Shown here piece by piece: positions 38,010 to 48,288 of a stretch of DNA of 64,000 nucleotides; the first letter of the stretch is position 1; each line of letters opens with the position of its first letter. A program made the translations under genes and the position numbers. This stretch comes from an uncultured Eggerthellaceae bacterium (GTDB taxonomy: Bacteria; Actinomycetota; Coriobacteriia; Coriobacteriales; Eggerthellaceae). Below the pieces are notes generated by a model. That model saw nothing but the letters and a program-made list of their open reading frames with translations. It had not been told where the DNA came from and searched no databases. Location: positions 45,309 to 109,308 of the forward strand of contig CAJUPL010000001.1 in the NCBI GenBank assembly GCA_910588435.1. The letters are read 5' to 3'.

Positions 38010-40097
38010 ATGGCTGCATCAAGGACGCTCGCCTTCGAGATAGGCACCGAGGAGATCCCGGCATTCGATCTGAAGTCAGCAACGGAGAAGATGCCCACCA
38101 TCTTGAGCCAAGCTCTTGAGGATTCGCGCATCAGCCACGGTGACATCCAGGTCTACTCAACGCCAAGGCGCATGGCATGCGTTGTGGCTGATGTTGCAGA
38201 TGCCGCAGAAGAGGTCAATGAGACATTCAAGGGCCCATCTGTGAAGATCGCGTTCGGAGAGGATGGCAACCCCACGAAGGCCGCCATCGGATTCGCGCGC
38301 GGCAAGGGCGTTGACGTGGAGAGCCTTGAGGTCAAGGAAGAGGGAGGCGTGGAGTACGTCTTCGCTTCAAGGAACCTGCCCTCAGAACCTACCATGAACC
38401 TCCTGCCTTCCATATTGCAGGGCGTCATCAAGTCCCTTCCGTGGCCGAAGTCCATGAAGTGGGCTTCATGCGCTGAGCTCTTCTCCAGGCCGGTCAGGTG
38501 GATCGTAGCCCTCTTCGGGGAAGAAGTGGTGCCTCTGAGCTTTGCAGGTGCTGTGTCAGGCAGGCATACAGATGGGCATCGCGTGCTCTCTCCTGCGGGC
38601 GCAGACATCCCGTGTGCAGAGGATTACGAGAAGACCATCCGCTCCCTCAAGATCATCCCAACGCAAGAGGAGCGCAGGCGCGTCATCGTGGATGCCGCGG
38701 AGCGCTTCCAGCAGGAGCTTGGCGCGGGCCATGAGGCAGTGCTCCCGGAGAAGACCCTCACTGAGGTCATCAACCTCTCCGAGGCGCCAACGCCAATGCT
38801 TGCCTCATTCGATGAGGCGTTCTTGGCGGTGCCTGAGGAGATCATCGTTGACGCCATGCTCATGCATCAGCGCTATTTTCCCATCTACAAGGATGGCAAG
38901 CTGACCAATCGCTTCATCATCGTTTCGAACGGGGATCCGGCTCATCAGGAGACCATCGTAGATGGCAACCAGCGCGTGGTGGCTGCAAGGCTCTATGACG
39001 CGAAGTTCTTCTATGAGGAGGACTTGAAGCGTCCGCTGGAGGATTACGTAGCAAGGCTGGATGAGGTGGTCTTCCAGGAGAAGCTGGGCACGATGCGTGA
39101 CAAGACTCAGCGCATAGGCCAGCTTGCAGAGCGCATCTGCCTTGATGCTGAGATCGATGCAGCCATCAAGGGCCAGGTCATGAGAGCAGCATACCTTGCG
39201 AAGGCGGACCTCGTGACGAATGCCGTTGTGGAATTCACCAGCGTGCAGGGCATCATGGGCTCCTACTACGCAGAGGCTTGCGGTGAGGACGCTGAGGTTG
39301 CCAGGGCCATAGCTGACCATTACCGCCCGCGCTTCTCTGGGGATGAGATCCCTGAGGGCCTGGTGGGGAAGATGGTGGCGCTTGCAGACAAGCTCGACAC
39401 TGTGTGCGGCCTGTTCGCCATAGGGCAGCTGCCAACTGGCTCATCTGACCCGTTCGCGCTCAGGCGCGCGGCTCTGGGCATCATCTCCATCCTGGAGAGC
39501 GGGCTTGACGTCAGCCTGGATGCAGCCATAGCCGATTCGCTTCGCATCTATCAGGAGTCAGGGCTTGACATCAATGAAGCTGAGGCAATGAGCGCCATCC
39601 AGGACTTCTTCGTCACAAGGACCAAGGTGCTCTTGAAGGATGGCGGCTCATCAACTGATGCCATCGAGGCTGTGTGTGCCACCAACATCACTGAGCCTGT
39701 TGAGATCATCTTGCGCGTCCGTGCGCTGGACGCTGCCAAGAAGGAGAGCCCTAAGGATATCGAGGACCTGTCAACCGCATACGCGCGCGCCAACAATCTG
39801 CGTGACGCAGATGAGGGCACCCTCTTCGATGAGTCCGTCATGGACGCATCTGAGGCCCAGTTGGCTCATGCAATCAAAGAGGCGAAGAGTGCCGTCAATG
39901 AGGCACTGGATGCCGATGACTATCCAAGCGCATTGGCGCATCTGGCGTCCCTCAGGGCTCCCATAGACTCCTTCTTCGAGTCCACCATGATCATGGACGA
40001 GGACCTTGCGAAGAGAGCCAACAGGATGAAGCTCCTGAATGCGTTCGTGGACGTGTTCGCGAATGTGGCTGACTTCGGGCAGCTGAGCCCTCGCTAG
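38010..40097 (+). CDS. glyS: Glycine--tRNA ligase beta subunit
   Basis: 695 aa. The start lies 1 nt after the glyQ stop. It has the LAFEIGTEEIPA N-terminus and an anticodon-binding C-terminal domain. Confidence 0.95.
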   Translation: MAASRTLAFEIGTEEIPAFDLKSATEKMPTILSQALEDSRISHGDIQVYSTPRRMACVVADVADAAEEVNETFKGPSVKIAFGEDGNPTKAAIGFARGKGVDVESLEVKEEGGVEYVFASRNLPSEPTMNLLPSILQGVIKSLPWPKSMKWASCAELFSRPVRWIVALFGEEVVPLSFAGAVSGRHTDGHRVLSPAGADIPCAEDYEKTIRSLKIIPTQEERRRVIVDAAERFQQELGAGHEAVLPEKTLTEVINLSEAPTPMLASFDEAFLAVPEEIIVDAMLMHQRYFPIYKDGKLTNRFIIVSNGDPAHQETIVDGNQRVVAARLYDAKFFYEEDLKRPLEDYVARLDEVVFQEKLGTMRDKTQRIGQLAERICLDAEIDAAIKGQVMRAAYLAKADLVTNAVVEFTSVQGIMGSYYAEACGEDAEVARAIADHYRPRFSGDEIPEGLVGKMVALADKLDTVCGLFAIGQLPTGSSDPFALRRAALGIISILESGLDVSLDAAIADSLRIYQESGLDINEAEAMSAIQDFFVTRTKVLLKDGGSSTDAIEAVCATNITEPVEIILRVRALDAAKKESPKDIEDLSTAYARANNLRDADEGTLFDESVMDASEAQLAHAIKEAKSAVNEALDADDYPSALAHLASLRAPIDSFFESTMIMDEDLAKRANRMKLLNAFVDVFANVADFGQLSPR

Positions 40098-40108
40098 ATG
40101 AGCGGGCT

Positions 40109-41023
40109 GTGTCTGACAGGTTCGGAATAGACCAGACCATCCCTGTGAGCGATGGGGATGGCTTCATCCATGAGGACATCCAGGGCAGCTCTACGTTCCC
40201 AACGGTGCATGTGGTCTCTGATTCAGTAGGCGAGACCGCACGCACCGTAGCGCAAGCAGCTGCCGCGCAGTTCGGCGTGACCAACCCCAAGATAGAGGTC
40301 TTGGGCAAGGTCAAGACCTTCGAAGAGGTCAGAGACCACCTTCTGGAGCATGCTCGCTATCACGTGGATCAGCTTGGGGATGACAGGCTGCTGATCTTCT
40401 ACACGCTGGTAGACCCAGACCTTCGTGATGCCGTGCATGACCTGATCGAATCTCATGAGAACATGCATGGCGTTGACCTTCTGACCAACGCCATCGAGGC
40501 CATGTCGAAGATCAGCGGCCTTGAGCCGAAGGACACGCCAGGCGCCCTCAGGGTTGCGGACATCAACTACTTCAAGCGCGTGGAGGCGCTGGAGTTCACG
40601 ATAGAGCATGATGATGGGCGCAATCCACAAGACCTCACCAAGGCAGACATCGTCGTCATCGGCGTTTCCAGGACATCGAAGACGCCTGTGAGCATCTATC
40701 TGGCACAGCATGGCTACCACGTTGCGAACGTGCCGCTGGACCTTCAGACAGACCCACCTCAAGAGCTGTTCGACGTGGACCCCTCACGCATCTTCGGCCT
40801 GATCTCCACGCCAGATGCGTTGTCTGGCATCAGGTCAAGGCGCATCGGGCAAGCTGCCTCAGTGGCTGGCTCCTATGCTGACCCTGAATACATCTACGAG
40901 GACCTAGAGCGTGCGCGCAAGCTCATGCGCAAGCTTGGGTGCTACACCATAAGGACGGACGGCAAGGCTCTTGAGGAGACGTGCCAAGAGATCCTCACCT
41001 TGTACATGAGAACGCATGGCTAG
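40109..41023 (+). CDS. Pyruvate, phosphate dikinase regulatory protein (DUF299 kinase/pyrophosphorylase)
   Basis: P-loop VVIGVSRTSKTPVSIYLA and the family-typical N-terminal domain. It lies two genes upstream of ppdK. Confidence 0.85.
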   Translation: MSDRFGIDQTIPVSDGDGFIHEDIQGSSTFPTVHVVSDSVGETARTVAQAAAAQFGVTNPKIEVLGKVKTFEEVRDHLLEHARYHVDQLGDDRLLIFYTLVDPDLRDAVHDLIESHENMHGVDLLTNAIEAMSKISGLEPKDTPGALRVADINYFKRVEALEFTIEHDDGRNPQDLTKADIVVIGVSRTSKTPVSIYLAQHGYHVANVPLDLQTDPPQELFDVDPSRIFGLISTPDALSGIRSRRIGQAASVAGSYADPEYIYEDLERARKLMRKLGCYTIRTDGKALEETCQEILTLYMRTHG

Positions 41024-42725
41024 AGCGGCGGGAGGGCTTCATATGGAAAGGATCGGCATAGAGGAGCTTTCGCTTTCGCCATCTGGGAGCAGGGTAGAGG
41101 AGCTTCCGTGCGAAAGGCTCAAGGAAGCCCCTGCAAGGGAGGGCTTCGGAGCGAAGATGCTCCGTGCAAGCTCCAAGAGCTATGTGCTTGCTGCGGCGGC
41201 AGTATGCGCCCTCCTTGTATATGCAGGCGGTGCCATATTCGCTGATTCCTATGACAATGACGTCTGGTTCTTCTTGTCAACTGGCGAATACATCGCGCAC
41301 AACGGCATCCCATACACCAACCCGTTCTCCATCATCCCTGACATGGGATTCATCGCCCAGCAATGGCTGCACTGCCTGATCAGCTACCTGATCTACAGCT
41401 CGCTGGGGTTCGTTGGGCTTGGGGTGTACTGCACGCTCTTGTTCCTTTTGATGTCCGCATCCTTGGTAGCGCTTGGCGTGAGGCTGCGCGGCGGCACTGC
41501 CGGAATAGAGGTTGCGTGCATCTGCATCCTGATATGCGTCATAGGCGCCGGCTCCATGGCCAGCGTTCGCCCGCATCTCTATTCGATGCTGGCTTTCATC
41601 TGGATCATCTGGTTCCTTGAGGGCTATAAGAGGACAGGGAACCCCAAGTGCCTGATAGCGGTGCCCATCATCTGCGCTCTCCATGTGAACTTGCATGCGG
41701 CCATCGCGCCGTTCGATCTGGTCATCGTGCTCTGCTACGCGCTTCCAGATTGGACACGCGCGCTGCATTCGAAGGGGCGCGCAAGGGCTGTCAAGCTTGT
41801 GGGGCCAAGCTATCCGAAGCTACCGGTCTTGCTCACGCTGGCCATCTGCGCGCTTGCGCTTTTCGCGAACCCATACGGTGTGGGCGGTGCGCTCTACGTG
41901 TTCATATCGCTTGGGTCTGCAAGCTATGGCAACCGGATCAGCGAGATGAACCACTTCATCCCCTTCGGTGACTACGAGAACATCTTCACCACTCTGATCA
42001 TGCTCATCTGCGTGCTGGCTCTGGGGTCATGCGGGCTCAAGCGGCTGAACCAGCCCTTGGCCATCTTGGCCGTGGGGTGCATATTCGCAGGCCTTGCTTA
42101 CGGCAGGAACCAGTGGATGGCATCCATCTTCTGCGGCATCTATCTCCTCTGGGCAACGAAGGGTCACCCCATTCCCTTGCTCTCAGACATGAAGGGGAGC
42201 AAGGCTCTAGCTGCTGTCATAGTGGGGATCGGGGCATGTGGCATGGTTGCACTCATGGTGGCGAACGCGCCCAAGCTGGCATCAGAGCCAGAGGATGGGC
42301 CCATGACGCCGGTGAAGACGATGGACTACCTTGAGTCCATCCAGGCTGATGCTGAAGATACGGACGTGTTCACCTTCTTCAACGCAGGCGGCTACATCGA
42401 ATTCAGGGGCTATAAGGTGAATGTCGATGCCAGGCCTGAGATCTGGGATTCCAACATCAACCGTCTTGGGTATGACTACTACAAGGAATACGTTGAGATG
42501 TCATCAGGCAACATCTACTTCAACACCTATAACGAGAAGTACGATTTCGATGTCTTCGTCATAGACTCAGGCGCTGGCACGGATCCCTACTTCGAGGATG
42601 ACCCCAGATTCCAGGAGATCCAGGGTGGGGATGGCTACAGGGCTTGGGCGAAGGTGTCGTGGCTTGAGAAGCAGCCAGGATATGAGCCTCAGGGCGCAGG
42701 CGCTGCATCGCCGCTCATGAAATAA
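41016..42725 (+). CDS. Polytopic membrane protein with C-terminal soluble domain (possible GT-C-like glycosyltransferase)
   Basis: 569 aa with about 12 predicted TM helices. The first external loop contains DSYDNDVWFF. It overlaps the upstream gene by 8 nt. The family is not recognised with confidence. Confidence 0.4.
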   Translation: MARAAGGLHMERIGIEELSLSPSGSRVEELPCERLKEAPAREGFGAKMLRASSKSYVLAAAAVCALLVYAGGAIFADSYDNDVWFFLSTGEYIAHNGIPYTNPFSIIPDMGFIAQQWLHCLISYLIYSSLGFVGLGVYCTLLFLLMSASLVALGVRLRGGTAGIEVACICILICVIGAGSMASVRPHLYSMLAFIWIIWFLEGYKRTGNPKCLIAVPIICALHVNLHAAIAPFDLVIVLCYALPDWTRALHSKGRARAVKLVGPSYPKLPVLLTLAICALALFANPYGVGGALYVFISLGSASYGNRISEMNHFIPFGDYENIFTTLIMLICVLALGSCGLKRLNQPLAILAVGCIFAGLAYGRNQWMASIFCGIYLLWATKGHPIPLLSDMKGSKALAAVIVGIGACGMVALMVANAPKLASEPEDGPMTPVKTMDYLESIQADAEDTDVFTFFNAGGYIEFRGYKVNVDARPEIWDSNINRLGYDYYKEYVEMSSGNIYFNTYNEKYDFDVFVIDSGAGTDPYFEDDPRFQEIQGGDGYRAWAKVSWLEKQPGYEPQGAGAASPLMK

Positions 42726-42847
42726 AAGCACAAGCATCATAGTTCGCAATATCCATGCTTGTTATCATTGCAGCACCTTGAGATGAGCAAGGTGGTCGGC
42801 CTGATATCAACCGGCACGGCCAAGGTTTGTCGCGTAAGGAGTTCGCA

Positions 42848-45568
42848 GTGGCTGAAGCAGTAAAGCGCGTTTACGCATTCGGTAAGGATGCCGAAGGCAA
42901 CAACGTCACCGAAGGCAACACGGACATGAAAGCGGTGCTTGGCGGTAAGGGCGCCAACTTGGCTGAGATGGCCAACATCGGGCTTCCGGTTCCTCCAGGC
43001 TTCACCATCACCTGTCAGACTTGCATGGAGTACGCCAATGCTGGCAACGTCTGGCCAGAGGGAGCTCTTGACACCATAGAAGAGTATCGTCGTGACCTGG
43101 AAGAGCGCATGGGCAAGCGCATCGGGGATGAATCAGACCCGCTTCTGGTCTCCGTTCGCTCAGGCGCCCCCATGTCGATGCCTGGCATGATGGATACCGT
43201 CTTGAACCTGGGTCTGAACGATCAGTCCATCAAGGGCCTGATCCAGCAGACTGACAATCCCCGCTTCGCATGGGATTCCTACAGGCGCTTCATCCAGATG
43301 TTCTCCAACGTTGTGATGGGACTTGACGGAGACCTGTTCGAGAACGCCATCACAGCGAAGAAGAACGAGCGCGGCGTCAGGTCAGATACAGATCTGAGCG
43401 CTGAGGACCTGAAAGACCTCGTTGATGTGTTCAAGCAGATCTTCTCCGAGAACGTGTCTGCTACTGAATACCCCTCGCTCGTGAAAGACGGCAAGGTGCA
43501 GTTCCCGCAAGACCCTTCAGAGCAGCTGAAGCTGGCCATAGAGGCTGTGTTCGGCAGCTGGAACAACCCGCGTGCCGTCCTCTACAGGAAGAAGAACAAG
43601 ATCGCTGATGACCTGGGCACTGCTGTGAACGTGCAGTCCATGGTGTTCGGCAATAAGGGTGAGACCTCAGCCACAGGCGTTGCCTTCACGCGCAACCCCG
43701 CTAACGGCGAAAAGGAGTTCTACGGAGACTACCTAGTGAACGCTCAGGGCGAAGACGTCGTCGCTGGCATCCGCAACACCAGCCCCATCGCTGAGCTGAA
43801 GAACGTCGCGGGCCTTGAAGAGGCCGGGCAGCAGCTGGAGGAGATCTTCGTCACGCTGGAGAATCACTTCCGCGATATGTGCGACATCGAGTTCACCATC
43901 GAGCAGGGCAAGCTCTGGATGCTTCAGACTCGCGCTGGCAAGCGCACGGCTCAAGCAGCGCTGCACATCGCCATCCAGATGGTGAACGAGGGCCTGATCA
44001 CCAAGAAGGAAGCTGTGATGCGCGTTGAGCCTGAGCAGCTGGATCAGCTCCTGCATCCGCAGTTCGACAAGAACGCCAAGTATGACGTGGTGGCGAAGGG
44101 TTTGAACGCAAGCCCAGGCGCTGCTGTGGGCGAGGCTGTGTTCTCTGCTGTGGACGCAGTGGAGGCTGCTGAGGCAGGGCGCAAGAGCGTGCTCGTTCGC
44201 TGGGAGACCACGCCTGATGACCTTGCTGGCATGATCGCTGCTGAGGGCATCCTCACATCACATGGCGGCAAGACCTCTCATGCTGCGGTCATCGCGCGTG
44301 GCATGGGCGCGCCCTGCGTCTGCGGCGTTGAGGCGCTGCGCATCGATGCAGAGAAGAAGGAAGCTGCCATCTCTGGCACTGACATCGTCATCCATGAGGG
44401 AGACATGATCTCCATCGACGGTACCACGGGCATCGTCGTGCTGGGCGCTGTTGAGCTGGTCATGCCTGAGCTCACGGGTGACCTTGACACCATCCTGGAG
44501 TGGGCAGATGAATTCCGTCGCCTTGGCGTTCGCGCCAATGCTGACAATCCAGAGGACGCGCACCTCTCACGTGAGTTCGGCGCAGCTGGCATAGGGCTTT
44601 GCCGCACCGAGCATATGTTCTTGGGCGATCGCAAGCAGATCATCCAGTCATTCATCCTGAATGATGATGAGCTCAACCGTGAGAAGGCCACATCTGAGCT
44701 CTACGCTGCGCAGTCTGGGGATTTCTACGAGATGTTCAAGGCTATGGATGGCCTGCCGGTCATCGTCCGCCTCTTGGATCCGCCGCTGCATGAGTTCCTT
44801 GATAGCCCGCGTGCCCTTGAGGTTGAGATCGCCCGCATGGAGGAGTCTGGAGCTGCTGCGTCTGACATCGCAGAGAAGCGCGCGCTCCTTGAGAAGATCG
44901 ACGCGTTCGCAGAGCAGAATCCGATGCTCGGCCTTCGTGGCGTCCGCCTGAGCATCGTCTATCCGGCACTTCCTCAGATGCAGATCCGCGCCATAGCCAC
45001 CGCAATGGCGAAGCTCAAGAAGGAGGGCCTGGACCCGCGTCCTGAGATCATGATCCCGCTGGTATCAACCGTGAACGAGCTTGCGAAGCTTCGCGGCGTT
45101 GCTGAAGAGGTCATCGCTGAGGTTGCGAACGCTGAGGGCGTTGAGCTTGAGATCCCCATCGGCACGATGATCGAGCTTCCGCGTGCTGCTCTCACCGCTG
45201 ATGAGATAGCCACCAAGGCAGATTTCTTCTCATTCGGCACCAATGACCTCACGCAGACCACGTTCGGCTTCAGCCGCGATGACGTTGAGGGTGAGTTCGT
45301 GCCGCAGTATCTGCAGGAGAGGCTGCTCACTCACAACCCGTTCGCAACCATAGATGAAGCGGGCGTGGCGAAGCTGGTTGCCATGGGTGTGAAGCTTGGG
45401 CATGAGGGCAACCCGGACATCGTGTGCGGTGTGTGCGGTGAGCACGGCGGAGACCCTGAGTCCATCCACATCTTCAACCGCATCGGGCTTGATTACGTCT
45501 CTTGCTCTCCGTATCGCGTCCCTGTTGCGCGCTTGGCCGCAGCTCAGGCGGAGATAGAGCAGGCATAG
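42848..45568 (+). CDS. ppdK: Pyruvate, phosphate dikinase
   Basis: Motifs VYAFGKD, GGKGANLAEM, phosphohistidine region GGKTSHAAVIARGMG, and PEP-utilising C-terminal TNDLTQ and CGEHGGDP. The GTG at 42848 is 6 nt after AAGGAG; the ORF-track TTG at 42827 is less likely. Confidence 0.95.
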   Translation: MAEAVKRVYAFGKDAEGNNVTEGNTDMKAVLGGKGANLAEMANIGLPVPPGFTITCQTCMEYANAGNVWPEGALDTIEEYRRDLEERMGKRIGDESDPLLVSVRSGAPMSMPGMMDTVLNLGLNDQSIKGLIQQTDNPRFAWDSYRRFIQMFSNVVMGLDGDLFENAITAKKNERGVRSDTDLSAEDLKDLVDVFKQIFSENVSATEYPSLVKDGKVQFPQDPSEQLKLAIEAVFGSWNNPRAVLYRKKNKIADDLGTAVNVQSMVFGNKGETSATGVAFTRNPANGEKEFYGDYLVNAQGEDVVAGIRNTSPIAELKNVAGLEEAGQQLEEIFVTLENHFRDMCDIEFTIEQGKLWMLQTRAGKRTAQAALHIAIQMVNEGLITKKEAVMRVEPEQLDQLLHPQFDKNAKYDVVAKGLNASPGAAVGEAVFSAVDAVEAAEAGRKSVLVRWETTPDDLAGMIAAEGILTSHGGKTSHAAVIARGMGAPCVCGVEALRIDAEKKEAAISGTDIVIHEGDMISIDGTTGIVVLGAVELVMPELTGDLDTILEWADEFRRLGVRANADNPEDAHLSREFGAAGIGLCRTEHMFLGDRKQIIQSFILNDDELNREKATSELYAAQSGDFYEMFKAMDGLPVIVRLLDPPLHEFLDSPRALEVEIARMEESGAAASDIAEKRALLEKIDAFAEQNPMLGLRGVRLSIVYPALPQMQIRAIATAMAKLKKEGLDPRPEIMIPLVSTVNELAKLRGVAEEVIAEVANAEGVELEIPIGTMIELPRAALTADEIATKADFFSFGTNDLTQTTFGFSRDDVEGEFVPQYLQERLLTHNPFATIDEAGVAKLVAMGVKLGHEGNPDIVCGVCGEHGGDPESIHIFNRIGLDYVSCSPYRVPVARLAAAQAEIEQA

Positions 45569-45573
45569 AGGGC

Positions 45574-46707
45574 TTGGAGCTTCATCTGGACAAGCTTCCG
45601 CGCACGGTTGCTCTCTTCCGTGCGAAGGATGCAGAAGATGCACTTGAGATAGCAGCTGCCGCAGATGCGGCAGCTGCTCTTTTGCGCGATGAGGGCACTG
45701 CACCTGATGCGCCTATCCTAATGTGCTTGGATCAAACGGCGCTCCCTCAAGAGATGTCCTTCCTGTTCACAACTGAATGGGAGCAGGCAAGAGAGTGGAT
45801 CTGCCGCTTGGTGGTGAGAGGTGCTCCCGCCATTGGTGCTGCTGGGGCTGCCGCTCTGGCGCTAGCTGCCTGGAGGCTGACCTCAGACGGCGCTCAGGGG
45901 ATGAGCTTCTTCTCTAGCCTTGAGAGGATATCTGAGGAGATATCCTCTGCGCGTCCCACAGCAGTGAACCTTGCCCAGGCTGTGGGCTGCGTGATGGATC
46001 AAGTTCGCAGAATGCGGGATGCTGATGCGTCTCCTCATGATATGGCAAGCGCTGCATTCGATGAAGCGCTCAAGGTGCAGGCAGAGGATGAGGCGGCCAA
46101 CAGGGAGATGGGGCGCATCGGCGCTGGCTTGCTCCCGCACGGCTGCCGAGTGCTCACGCATTGCAACGCCGGTAGCCTTGCAACCTCATTCTATGGAACG
46201 GCGCTGGGAGTCATCTATGCAGCTGCTGAAGAGGGCAAGATAGAGCGCGTGTTCGCCGATGAGACGCGCCCTGTGTGCCAGGGATCCAGATTGACCGTGT
46301 GGGAGCTGGCTCAAGCGGGGGTGCCCGTCACGCTGATTTGCGACGACATGGCTGCATCTGTGATGTCCCAAGGCATGGTGGATGCCGTCATCGTGGGCGC
46401 TGATCGCATCGCTGCGAATGGGGACGCTGCCAACAAGATAGGCACGCTTGGGGTGGCCATCATCGCCAAGAGGTTCAACATCCCCTTCTATGTGGCCGCG
46501 CCTACATCCACGATAGACTTGGGCACAGAGACAGGTGCGGACATCCCTATTGAGATACGCGCAGATGAAGAGGTCCTGCCATGCGGTATAGAGGGCGTGG
46601 ATGTCTACAATCCGGCATTCGACGTGACTCCGGCTGAGCTCATCACCGCCATCATCACTGAGGTTGGCGCATTCGCGCCAGGTGACATGAGGGCGAATCT
46701 CAGCTAA
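45574..46707 (+). CDS. mtnA: S-methyl-5-thioribose-1-phosphate isomerase (eIF-2B alpha/beta/delta family)
   Basis: Motifs LDQTALPQE, VRGAPAIGAAGA and VGADRIAANGDAANKIGT. The start is uncertain: in-frame TTG at 45574 or ATG at 45721. The ORF-track start at 45502 would overlap ppdK. Confidence 0.8.
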   Translation: MELHLDKLPRTVALFRAKDAEDALEIAAAADAAAALLRDEGTAPDAPILMCLDQTALPQEMSFLFTTEWEQAREWICRLVVRGAPAIGAAGAAALALAAWRLTSDGAQGMSFFSSLERISEEISSARPTAVNLAQAVGCVMDQVRRMRDADASPHDMASAAFDEALKVQAEDEAANREMGRIGAGLLPHGCRVLTHCNAGSLATSFYGTALGVIYAAAEEGKIERVFADETRPVCQGSRLTVWELAQAGVPVTLICDDMAASVMSQGMVDAVIVGADRIAANGDAANKIGTLGVAIIAKRFNIPFYVAAPTSTIDLGTETGADIPIEIRADEEVLPCGIEGVDVYNPAFDVTPAELITAIITEVGAFAPGDMRANLS

Positions 46708-46719
46708 TCTTCTCACGCC

Positions 46720-47418
46720 ATGATCACACGTGCTCACCTGAAAGATGCCTTCTTCGCCGCCGTGCCCATAATGCTGGGCTATGTGGCCATCGGGATACCC
46801 TGCGGGATTCTGTGCGATTCTATCGGGCTCAATGCGCTGCAAGTGCTCATATTGTCCGCGCTCTTCTATTCTGGCGCTGGGCAGTTCATGATCCCGAATA
46901 TGTATCTCACAGGAGCTCCGCTGGCTTCCATCATCGCAAGCGTGTCCCTCGTCAATACGCGCCAGATGCTCTATTCGGCCTCTCTGGCCCCTGAGTGCGA
47001 AGGCGCCAGCAAGCGCCTCTCGTTCCTGTTCGCAGCCACTGTGACCGATGAGAGCTACGGCGTATCCATCGAGCGCTTCAAGGCAGGGGATTGGTCGGTT
47101 GACAGAGCGCTGTTCGTGAACCTCTTCTCACAGACCTCATGGGCGCTTTCGAATGTGGCCGGGGTGTTCGTGGGTTCCTTGGTGGATATCCCGCTACCCA
47201 TCGCCTCATTCGCCATGACGTCCATCTTCATATGTCTGCTGTTCATGCAGAAGCTCACTGCGCCGAACATCATCGCGGCTGTGAGCGCCATCATAGGCGT
47301 GTACGTGTGCAAGCTTCTGGGGCTGGCGGGTGCAGCCATAATCATCGGCGCGCTCATTGGAGTTGCCTTCGCGTTCGCATACTGCATGGTGGTGCAGAGG
47401 CGAAAGGGTGCCAGATGA
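46720..47418 (+). CDS. azlC: AzlC-family branched-chain amino acid exporter subunit
   Basis: 232-aa polytopic membrane protein with the AzlC-typical N-terminus (AVPIMLGYVAIGIPCG, YSGAGQF). It is coupled to a small AzlD-like gene. Confidence 0.8.
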   Translation: MITRAHLKDAFFAAVPIMLGYVAIGIPCGILCDSIGLNALQVLILSALFYSGAGQFMIPNMYLTGAPLASIIASVSLVNTRQMLYSASLAPECEGASKRLSFLFAATVTDESYGVSIERFKAGDWSVDRALFVNLFSQTSWALSNVAGVFVGSLVDIPLPIASFAMTSIFICLLFMQKLTAPNIIAAVSAIIGVYVCKLLGLAGAAIIIGALIGVAFAFAYCMVVQRRKGAR

Positions 47419-47738
47419 GCTGGGATGAGTTCTGGATCATACTCGTCTCGTGCGGCGCGACGATGCTCATATGCCGTGTGGCTCCTCTCTTCTTGCTCAA
47501 GGGGCGCCAGTTGCCAGAACGCGTCATCCTAGCCTTGAACCTGATCCCACCGGCAGCTTTCGCGGCGCTGGTGGCGAATGACATCTTGTCTCCAGGGATG
47601 TTCGCTCAAGGGATCTGGCCGGCAGGCGCCATCATAGTGGCATCTCTCATCGTGGTGATCGTAGCCATCAAGTCAAGGTCATTGCTCTGGTGTGCCGTGG
47701 CTGGGGTGGTCTCCTACGCCATCTTGCTGCTATTCTGA
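47415..47738 (+). CDS. azlD: AzlD-family small membrane protein
   Basis: 107 aa with an ATGA overlap with azlC and 3-4 TM helices. The ORF-track frame starts earlier (47139) inside azlC. Confidence 0.7.
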   Translation: MSWDEFWIILVSCGATMLICRVAPLFLLKGRQLPERVILALNLIPPAAFAALVANDILSPGMFAQGIWPAGAIIVASLIVVIVAIKSRSLLWCAVAGVVSYAILLLF

Positions 47739-47767
47739 TCCGCATCAATGCGTTCGCAGATTTCCTC

Positions 47768-47796
47768 TTGCCCATGAGCGTTGGTAGAGATATACT
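47768..47796 (+). promoter_or_regulatory. Sigma-70-type promoter for rplS
   Basis: TTGCCC, a 17-nt spacer, then TATACT, about 70 nt upstream of the rplS ATG. Confidence 0.4.
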
Positions 47797-47866
47797 TGCA
47801 AATCGCGCCTTCGAAGAGAAGGTGCATTTGAATATGCATGAAGATGATTAGAGCGGGGATTTTGAA

Positions 47867-48214
47867 ATGGATATCATACGCGCTATTGAAGCCCAGGATC
47901 TGAAGCAGGATATACCGGATTTCGGCCCTGGTGACAACGTGAAGGTTCACTATCGCATCACTGAGGGCAACCGCGAGAGGATCCAGGTCTTCCAGGGTGA
48001 TGTGATCCGCAGGCATGGTGAGTCTTCTCGTGAGACGTTCACCGTTCGCAAGGTCAGCTTCTCCGTTGGCGTTGAGCGCACCTTCCCTGTGAACTCTCCC
48101 AAGATCGAGAAGATCGAGGTCACCCGCCAAGGCAAGGTCCGTCGTGCGAAGCTCTACTACCTGCGCGACAAGGTGGGCAAGGCTGCCAAGATCAAGGAGA
48201 AGTCCTTCAGATAG
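47867..48214 (+). CDS. rplS: 50S ribosomal protein L19
   Basis: Canonical L19 sequence ([29 protein letters not shown]). Confidence 0.95.
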   Translation: MDIIRAIEAQDLKQDIPDFGPGDNVKVHYRITEGNRERIQVFQGDVIRRHGESSRETFTVRKVSFSVGVERTFPVNSPKIEKIEVTRQGKVRRAKLYYLRDKVGKAAKIKEKSFR

Positions 48215-48235
48215 CAGCTTGGCTATTGAGAACAG

Positions 48236-48264
48236 AAAAGGCCCCATATGGGGCCTTTTGTTTT
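48236..48264 (+). terminator. Rho-independent terminator of rplS
   Basis: aaaaggcccc-atat-ggggcctttt followed by gtttt, 22 nt after the stop. Confidence 0.8.
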
Positions 48265-48288
48265 GCACGGTTGGAGGCTGATGGGGAT

